A stretch of 62,462 nucleotides of DNA, counting the filler, from Sphacelaria rigidula (Eukaryota), in assembly GCA_964200075.2 (NCBI GenBank). It is 4 parts of 4 records of this genome, joined end to end, with 100 filler letters (N's around TTAATTAATTAA, not from the genome) between each part and the next. Parts side by side here need not be neighbours in the genome. Positions count along the whole stretch, not along the records: positions 46,925 to 62,462 come from CAXNAA020001707.1; 3 more parts are not named here. One strand, given 5' to 3'. Below are positions 54,301 to 62,462 of the stretch, piece by piece. How positions within the stretch are numbered: the stretch's first letter is position 1; every line of letters starts with the position of its first letter. The notes below the pieces were generated by a model. It was not told where the DNA came from, searched no databases, and saw only the letters and a list, made by a program, of their open reading frames with translations. A program made the translations under genes and the position numbers.

Positions 54301-57300
54301 TGGGACAGTAGAGCGGGCTAGGAGGGGAAGCAAATATACGAACGAGACTGTTCGATTTTTGTCAGTATTTCTCGATAAATTTCTTCAATAATATTACCAG
54401 AAACAAATTATGAAAAAATTCGAAAAACTGCCCTACAGGAGGGGGGGAGGGGGGGGCTCCGTGTCCGACTTTTTTCTCCTGACAGACCCTTAGCCCACCG
54501 TATTTATTCGTCCAGCTGTGTTTTTGTCCAGAGGCCATTCTCAGAACCTCGGAGTCAAGCGAATCGGAAAAGTGGGTTAGACTCCTCTCGGTGGGGTGAT
54601 GAAAAGTGTCCAAGACATATCTGTGGCGATATATTCCTTGTTTGGGGACCAAAAACCGTGTTAGTTGTCCAACCAAGTGTTTCACGCGTCAGACAACTTA
54701 TGAATTAACTCAGTTATGCTGTATAACTCACCCGGCCAGAATGAGCACCGCTGAGTTGAGCTCTATAACTCACCAGACCAGAATATGCACCGCTGAGTTA
54801 TAGTTTTATAACTCACCTGACCAGAGTATGCATCGATAAATCAAAGTTTATAATTCACCCGGTCGGAAATCGCACCGCTGAGTTTCAGTTTATAACTCAC
54901 CCGCCCAGAATATGCACCGCTGAGCTGTAGTTTATAACTCACCCGACCAGAATGGGCCTGCTGAGTAATCCTGCTATACCTCACTGAAATAGTTATTGGA
55001 AAACGAGCTGTGAAGAACAACTCACCCGACCGAAAACACGCAAAAAACAGTGGTCGACACTAGTCATCAATGTCAGAGGAAACGCGTGATCACGTGACAC
55101 GTCTCCTGGTACACGTACAGCGTGAAAAGCCTCGAAGTGTTGTCGTTCCATCTGTTCTGGATGTCGGTCTATACGTTCCGGTATATGTGGGCGCACCAGC
55201 CGGGGTCACACAGGAGGAAGGTCAACTCAGGCGTTTTTTTTATTTTTTGTTTGTTTTTAGTACTTCACCTTCCTTCTGCGGTGCTTGCCTTCTTTTTTTT
55301 ATCGCGAGTGGGGTTCAGCAGCCCCTTCCCTCGACGACCGCGAAGTCGGATTGTGTACCCACGATATCGTCCCTCTCCACTGTTGGGCACGAGAAAAAAT
55401 CCAAGATCGCTCCGAGATTCGAACCCACGACCCCACCGTCAGAAGGTGTTGAGGTTACCAACTGAGCCACCGGGGCGACCCGACTATATACGCATATATC
55501 AATACTGCCGCAGGGGTGATAATATGAAACCATGTACATCATACGAGTGTGTGTGTTGTCATCCCATTTAGTCTGAACGCCAACTTCCACCTTTCGGTAT
55601 ATGTGGGCGCACCAGCCGGGGTCACACAGGAGGAAGGCCATCACAGAAGTTTTTTTTTCTTGTTTGTTTTAATATTCCACTTTCCTTCTGCGGCGCTTGC
55701 CTTCTTTTTTATCGAGAGAGTGCTTGAGCACCCCCTTTCCCTCGTCGATCGTGAAGTCGAATTTTGTGTACCCACGACATAGTCGCTCTCCACTGTTGGT
55801 CGTTGTGTGAGAAAAAATCCCAGATCGTGTGACTGCACCGAGGTTCTAACCCACGACCCAACCGTCAGAAGGTTTTCGATGTTACCATCTGAGCCACCGG
55901 GGCGACCATAAACTACCGAAATACGATCGTTTCTTATGGTTTGTTTTCTGAGGGGGAAGGGGAGGGGCAGGGGGGGGTCATGTACCGTAGCACCGCTGGA
56001 GTTCGTGGTGGATGCCATAGTAGACGATCATATTATCGTGTGTCGCATGCAAGGCAACTCTCTACAGATCGTTGTGCACGCGCCAAACGTGTGGGTGTAT
56101 ATGTGGATGTGTGTGTATGGAAGGGAGGGTATATATATATATATATATATATCACACAGACTGAGGGGTGAATACGAGCAATTATATATCAAAACTCAGA
56201 ACTCAGAACTCAGAACACAAAAGAGAGTGATGCGGCCGTGTTATGAGTTCAGGGGTGCTGTATAAAGATTAGTCATCTCAGAACTCCGACCACAATATTG
56301 CTCAGAACTCCGAACACAAAACTAGACACAACACTGACGGTGACATGGGTGTGTTACATGAGTTCAGGGGTAGAGGTGAGCTATCTCACAACTGAGAATG
56401 CAAAAGTACGAGGCACATCTCGTGTACAGAGTTTGAGTTGTTTCAGAACTGGAGACACATAAGTGAGGTACGCATCACTATTTTATTCTTTGATCTCTAT
56501 TCTACAACCTTCCCGGCCACAATGTGCACCGCAAATATGGACCGCTGAGTTATATATATATATATATATACTGTGTAACTTACTTGACCGAGATATGCAC
56601 CGCTGAGTTATAATTATAGTTCACCCGGCCAGAGCGTGCACCGCTGAGTTTTAGTTATAACTCACCTGGCCGAGATAGACATGCATCGATGATCTTTCGT
56701 TTATAAATCTCCCGGCCAGAATGTGCATCGCTGAGTTTTAGTTCATGAGTCACCTGACCAAGATGTATGCATCGATGAGTTATACTCCCTCTGACCGAGA
56801 ATATAAGCAATGTTTGGATTTCCGGCAGTATAAGCAAGGTTTCTATGATATTGAGAGAAGGGTGCCATTTGGGCACGGTGGACATCGGACAACTTTGGCA
56901 TACGATCACGTATCACATTGAAGAGCGAAAAAAAAAAATCCGCTCGATGGGAGGGGGATGGTGCATTACCATCCCCTGATCGGGGAAATGGCGGAAATCT
57001 GGCGTGATTGTACCCTTCCTTGCTGCCGGCGAGCAGATAGCGAGCCACCTCTTCTCTCTCCGAAACGTTGAAATTCTTGCAAGGGTCGGACAAATAATGA
57101 CTCGTGACGAATCAATCCCTAGGCTTCATTTCAGCGTTGCAACCCAGGTACACGCAGCTCAGACACGTGGAATGGCGCAAAAGCTGCGTGGATACCCCTT
57201 GGACCAGCGATCAACGTTTTTCTCCCTTTTGGGCAATCAGGCCGAAGAAATCGTGAATTTGGTGATTTTGAGTCGTGATGTGAATTCTTGCGTTTCTGCC

Positions 57301-58537
57301 CCTGAGAGGCACTCTCAGCAGCGGACATGTCCCACCAGCAGATGGAAAGGCGTTTGACCGGAGCTTCAAAGTTGGGGTGGTGAAATCGGGCGCCTTCTGC
57401 TGGGGTGGAACACACATTTTTTTCATGTGGTTTGAAAAAAGCAGCAGTTCTGTGCGCTGCGCGCCAGCACGGCGGAACCAACGAAAAAAACTGTTCGGAA
57501 AAAGAGTTCTGCACACCCGAGTTGGACCGCTTTTTGTCCAAATCTTGCTTATATTCTCCGTCAGAGGGAGTAGTTTATATCTCAACCGGCCGGAATGTGC
57601 AACACTGAGTTAATATAGTTTACGAATCACCTGGCCAGATTTTCCATCGCTGAGTTACGGTGTAAAACTCACCCGGCCAGAATGTGCACCGCTGAGTGAT
57701 GCCCCAATATCTCACTGGTGAGTTATGCGAGAAAGAGTCAACTCGTGTTAACCCCCAGACTGCGATGCGGGTAGTCCATCTAGATCACGCGTACTTTTCC
57801 AAATGAAATTGATGTCGATTCCGCAGGTGACCTACCCTCGCGGTTTAAAGGTTAAACTGAGTTGAGTTGTCCGACGTGTGAAGTGTCTTGATTAACACAT
57901 AATAATGATGAGACAAATAAATGTGGTCTCCATATGTTCAAGGCGGTGGTTCGCGGCAAGTGCGCCAGGCGCTCCTTTCTGGCGTGTAAATATACGGCAT
58001 TCGTCACGCAAAGCTTCAGTATCCCGACGGCCATGCACCCATCTGTGACCACAAGGAAGGGGGAAGTGGTGCCTACATCGCAGTTCACCCCAGTTTGGCC
58101 AAGGTTTGGCGGCAAAAAATATGGTTTGACTACAAGCACGGGTTTAAACTTGGCTCTTTTGGATCGTCTGCACAGGGCTTACAGTCCGAAGCGCTCGCCC
58201 AGCGTCCGTGGGGTGTTGTGGCTCAAGTGCCGATTTGAAGGAGAAAAAACACACACTTTACCTACAGCACTCACGCATCTCCCTTGCTTGACCGACGGTT
58301 CTCGGTTCGGTAAGGGTTAGTTTGGTTAGGTTTAGCCTCATGGTTTCACATAACTAAAGAGTATGTTCAACCATCCCTCGCTGGCACCGAACTGGGGTAC
58401 TATAAACGCATTCTCGGTCAAGTTGATCTTGTATGTTAATCTCCTCACCCCAATCGCCGGAGGCAAAGGTAACTTACAACAAGAATGATGAAGACACCCA
58501 AGATCAGCAGAATCGTGTTGATGCTGCTGTCCGCCAT
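51376..58537 (-). CDS. Putative single-pass membrane protein, 194 aa. Exons 58537-58478, 53730-53663, 53534-53315, 51612-51376.
   Basis: ATG in cacatcATGG context. Donors gtaagt, gtatgt, gtgcgg; acceptors tag, tag, cag; phases 0,2,0 consistent. Product MADSSINTILLILGVFIILV|CSGGTLFYSNLAWYDSKRQQQHV|AETKQ...HACCCCCECG...TSTK|GRAQETDIES...LRFTRMQ*. No family recognised, and the exon 2 acceptor is weak. Confidence 0.5.
53923..54489. mobile_element. TIR element (GGGTCTGTC...GACAGACCC), copy 2, lying between inverted arms of another repeat (~53810-53905 / ~54585-54670)
   Basis: Perfect 9-bp TIR and reverse-complement homology to 47139-47330 and 47913-48083. The flanking arms also match 48175-48335. 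Confidence 0.75.
54705..55030. repeat. ~42-bp palindromic minisatellite, ~6 good units plus degenerate ends
   Basis: Consensus ATAACTCACCCGGCCAGAATATGCACCGCTGAGTTATAGTTT, read directly from consecutive units. Confidence 0.92.
55135..55480 (-). mobile_element. tRNA-derived SINE, copy 1
   Basis: The minus strand starts GGTCGCCCCGGTGGCTCAGTTGGTAA (Pol III A box) and contains GGTTCGAATC (B box). A ~270-bp body follows that is shared with copy 2. Confidence 0.8.
55550..55907 (-). mobile_element. tRNA-derived SINE, copy 2 (tandem, diverged)
   Basis: Same head GGTCGCCCCGGTGGCTCAGATGG with a degenerate B box GGTTAGAACC. The block ggtatatgtgggcgcaccagccggggtcacacaggaggaagg is identical to copy 1. 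Confidence 0.8.
56500..57725. repeat. Second ~42-bp palindromic array (56500-56784 plus 57571-57725), split by the Stowaway-like element
   Basis: Same consensus and orientation as 54705-55030, and it ends in a similar degenerate terminal unit. Confidence 0.9.
56785..57570. mobile_element. Stowaway/Tc1-mariner-like non-autonomous element, 786 bp
   Basis: ~34-bp TIRs: ctccctctgaccgagaatataagcaatgtttgga versus the reverse complement of tccaaatcttgcttatattctccgtcagagggag. TA flanks both sides. Removing the element plus one TA restores a unit of the surrounding 42-bp array. Confidence 0.92.
57752..57851. mobile_element. piggyBac-like MITE, 100 bp, TTAA TSD
   Basis: ttaa|cccccagactgcga...tcgcggtttaaagg|ttaa. 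The internal sequence is a diverged reverse-complement copy of the 59212-59312 element. Confidence 0.75.
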
Positions 58538-59211
58538 GATGTGCCCTCTCTCCTGCCGCAGTCCCTTGGCGAAAGCTTCTGTTGGCTGTGGATCACTGTG
58601 AGCGGGTTTCACCGCACTTGCGTGATGTATGTATCAGACGGTACAGGACCTCAATCGTATAATAACTCCGCGGCCAACTAACCCGTCCGTTGTGCTTTGT
58701 GTCCCTGTATCCGTGGACTACGGTTCGGGCGGGTGAGAAGGGCACAGCACTGCGCGTAGATGCGTGATGGATGCCAAGTAAGGTTCGTGTGGATTGCAAC
58801 GTCATGGATGGAACAGTTCGAGGTGTATGCATGTCAGTGATGTCTGGGTTAACGAGCATCGCATGCGAGTCGTTACGCGCTGACCTGCAGTGTTCTAGCT
58901 GGTCACGTCGTTCCATGGAGTATAAGTTTACTCTATATCTATACCGTCCTGGTGGATGTTTTTGCCGGGACCAGCACCTATCTGTTCGAATGTTCCATGG
59001 ATTGTGCGTGCAGTTCGCCTTCTTATATATACCGTTTCCTCTGGCCCGCACACAGGATATTCAACAAATAAATCGTCACGTGAGGGCGATCCATACCGGA
59101 GGATGCGTTTTGTCGACTTCGTGAAACGTATCGTCGGGTATACTGTATTGTACTATATGTACTACAACAGTAGCACCCTGCCCTACCCTCCAGTCAGCAA
59201 AACTATATGAA

Positions 59212-59476
59212 CCCTTTGACTGCAAGGTTAGTCTTCTGTTGATTCGGCATCAATTTTAAGTGAAAAAAAGGATGCATGATCCAGAAAGACTAATAATCTC
59301 GCGGTCTAAGGGTTAACCTTTAGACCGCGAGGTTATAGTCTTCTGTTGAATCGGCATCGATTTCAAGTGAAAAACAGTATGCATGATCCAGAAAGTATTC
59401 TTTCTGGATCATGCATACTGTTTTTCACTTGAAATCGATGCCGATTCAACAGAAGACTAACCTCGCGATGTAAGGG
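59212..59476. mobile_element. Two adjacent piggyBac-like MITEs (59212-59312 and 59317-59476) sharing a TTAA; the second is a near-perfect palindrome
   Basis: tgaa|ccctttgactgc...gcggtctaaggg|TTAA|cctttagaccgcgagg...cctcgcgatgtaaggg|TTAA. The second element has ~60-bp perfect arms (59336-59395 / 59400-59459). Confidence 0.88.
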
Positions 59477-62462
59477 TTAAGTAGTTGGGGACCGAACTCC
59501 CACAAACATGGCGTTTGCACGCAGCGGCCGTTGTGTGAATCGGCATCATTTCCAGTCGTTTTCAAGTGAAAATGATGCCGACCCATAACAAGGCCCCTGC
59601 GTGCAAACACCATGCTTCTGGGAGTCCGGTCCCAAAAGGGTGAACAACTAGCCATCGGTTGCTATTTATTGGGTGGGTGCCAACGCATTACTTACATTAT
59701 CGCTTGTCCGCTCTGTCTTTTTGCTGTGCAAACCAAGAGCTTCACAGATACAGCGCAGCAAAAACACGACGAGATGATCACGTATCTGCCTTGATCGAAC
59801 CGACTAATAATTTACTTATCAGCAATTTTAAATCGAACGCGCTGCGGCGGTGGAGCAAAAGTCCAACAATAGTTCCGGAGAATCAGTCAGCCTTACCTCC
59901 AAACATCGATCGGTGAAGGTACAGTACAGTATAGTTAGAACGAAGTCAAGTCGAAGAAACGCATGGAAGTAAATTTCAAATATCTTGGAGAAAAACGAAG
60001 ACGTGTGTGGAAATAATAGGTGTTGCTGCAAGGTTGCCGTGGCATTCAGCGTAGTAGGGTGTATGTGCACCAGGCATTGATTGTCTGCCATGTTCACAAC
60101 AAGGTCGAATCGGAACGATCAAGACTGCGGCCGGGTTTTTTTCCTGTACATGGGACAAGCTAGCACCTTAGAAGGAAGGTACAGCATTGAAAGGAAAAAA
60201 AAAAACTCCTGTGTTTGCCTCCCTCCTGTGCGACCCTGGCTGATGCGCTCACACACGTTATACTGAGAGGTGTAGACTGACGTGCAGAATATGATATACA
60301 TACGATGACAGCACAACACACGGAACAGTCATAGATCTGAGAACCTGCCTTGTTAAATATAACCATATTACTGTATTCAGAACCCGCAGTATGGTGGAAG
60401 AAGTGTCCCCTCAACCGCACGTGAAAAATGAAGAGACCTGTGGATTGACGGGAGGGACCTGGGACCTCTTGCACACTGCATGCAGTGGCGACTACTACTA
60501 CCATACTGTATGTTCTGTTGTTGTTGTTGTTGCTGTTGTCTTCACATTAAAAACCGTTCCGATATCTGCACGGTACATTCGTACAGGCGCATCTGATGCG
60601 GACGCCGTCCGTGGCCACAGGCTAGCATAAAACCCCCCCCAAAAACAAAATACCCCCAGATTCAAAACTCACAAAACGCGATACAAGCAAAACAGGAATG
60701 AATAATAAAGAAGAAAGGGAGTACAAAGGCTAACCTCGGAAGATCCGGTGCCGCACGTGACCATTCGGACTTCAGGGGGTTGCACTTGGTTTTCCAACTC
60801 GATGTGCGACAAGTAGAAATGAACACAGGGTCCGACTGCGGGCGAGACTCGAAGGCCCCAAATACCGCCACCCAAAGAACTAAAGAACTAAGAATCGCAA
60901 CGTTCCATCTTGCGGCCTCTCGAGGGGCAGCCATACGTACAAACATACCAGGTGTATCAAGACAAGAACTGCATGACATGACGACACCCCTCATCGGGGG
61001 GGGTTCACCCCCACCCCCCACTTCTCTGGACCGTCATCATTGCCGTGCCATTCGTGCTTCGTTGGTCTCCCGTCTAATCGCATGTAGTCGGCTGGCCTCC
61101 TCTTTATTCCTGTGCCATGAGGTCATGAACCTCTCCGCTCCCTGCAGCGCTCCCGCGTGCCACGGCAACCCCACTCCTTGTTTGCTGCTGAGGTCCATAG
61201 GGCGCGATCAATTCCGAAAGTTCTGTAATTTCCGTAGTTTCCCATCCGAAAATATTTTAACCAACATGAAAAAAATCTCGACGAACTACGCTGACCACTA
61301 CTACTGTACGACTTGCGTTTGAGAAAATAACACGAGTCCCCCAGGTGGAAGTAAGGCATCAGTATCCTATATAGTTCTACTATACTACTGCGTTACTACT
61401 GCTACCGTGTGCTACTATTTCTAGCAAACAGACCAAAACAACAAAATAAAGTATCACGAGAAAACTAGTAAGCTATGCTGTACGAGTACTATTTGTGTTG
61501 TGAAGGAGGGAAGAACGCACTGTACGGTCAAGACAAAAAGTATATCGGAACAGTAAGACCACTTTGTATGGCAGCCAATCCCGAATCTGGCGGGACCCGA
61601 ATCTGTGTCAAATCGGGGAGACCTAGATTCGTGAAACGTGAAACTTAGATTCGTGTGTACTCCTGTATGGCTTCACAGATTTTTTGAAATTGTTCTGTAC
61701 ACGAACGGTCATGTTCTGGGCTGGTGTGGTCTCACGGTGAAGCCAAATAACAGAGAGGCAGGGAATTCATCCTTCAAGAGCAGCGTCGCACCGTGGCACC
61801 CCAGGGTAAAATGCAGTGGAAATACACACCACAATCACAGTACACGGTAATGCCGTGTGGTAATACAGAACGATACAATCGATATTGCGAGAACAGTGCA
61901 CAGTGTGCGACAAGAGTTCACGAGTGCAGTGTCATTCATCACCCTGCAAGTACCGCGACAGCAGAGTGTAGGATTGTACAGTACCGTTCGTCATGATGAT
62001 ACATACAGCAGTACAGTGCAGCATAAAAATTTGCCATCGCCGCAGGTACGGCGTCAACACTTCTTATCTGCTTGTCAAACCCCGTGCGGAGCTACTCCTG
62101 CAGCCGGCGTCCGCAGGCACTGTCTGTGCTTTCATAAGACTGTCTGCTGCTGGTGTTGTAAGAATACCAAACGCTTGTTGCCATATATCACTGTACGTCA
62201 ACATACGCAGGTCAGTTGCTACAGATTCGGGGGACTTCGATTTTTCACGGATCTGGGCTCAGATTCGAGTAAAACCCTTCTCAAATCGTGACAAACGAAT
62301 CTGAGCTTCCCCGATTTGGGCCAAATTGGGGTCCATACAATGCGTTCCCGGATCTGAGGTCCCTTGATCTGCGTACAGATCCGTTTTTTCGACTGCCATA
62401 CGAGCTGGGACAGCCCAGAAACGGATTTAACCTTGCAGAGCAATATCTCATCACCGGAAACG

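Noticed and set aside
55410-55480. Possible tRNA gene
   Set aside because: It has A/B boxes but no intact acceptor or anticodon stems, and it is attached to a repeated body, so it is a SINE head.
54705-57725. CRISPR-like look of the 42-bp palindromic array
   Set aside because: The would-be spacers are homologous to each other, the repeats are degenerate, there are no cas genes, and the context is eukaryotic.

Overview
Eukaryotic genomic DNA of about 50% GC with GT-AG introns, dense non-autonomous transposons, three 100-bp scaffold gaps and three 10-N gaps. Intron style, repeats and low-complexity proteins suggest a brown alga or related stramenopile (inference). I can build four phase-consistent spliced genes by hand. 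(1) A 5'-truncated + strand gene (2341-12386) encodes a Nab2-type CCCH zinc finger flanked by two copies of a Cys-rich domain I cannot assign to a family. (2) A 10-exon - strand gene (21409-29844, ~1330 aa) has a clear MED27 C-terminal domain lacking 3 of 4 Zn ligands, long poly-Q tracts, an acidic segment and an N-terminal helical domain resembling the MED15 middle domain. (3) A 5-exon - strand Enhancer-of-polycomb-like gene (34360-41653, ~1807 aa) ends in four ~60-aa repeats with AT-hook-like motifs. (4) A tentative 4-exon - strand gene (51376-58537, 194 aa) encodes a single-pass membrane protein with a CCCCCxC cluster. The rest is MITEs (Stowaway-, Tourist-, piggyBac- and hAT-like), tRNA-derived SINEs, a palindromic 42-bp array and microsatellites. 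No prokaryotic system, CRISPR array, intact transposase or rRNA is visible. All family assignments are by-eye motif recognition, not database searches.
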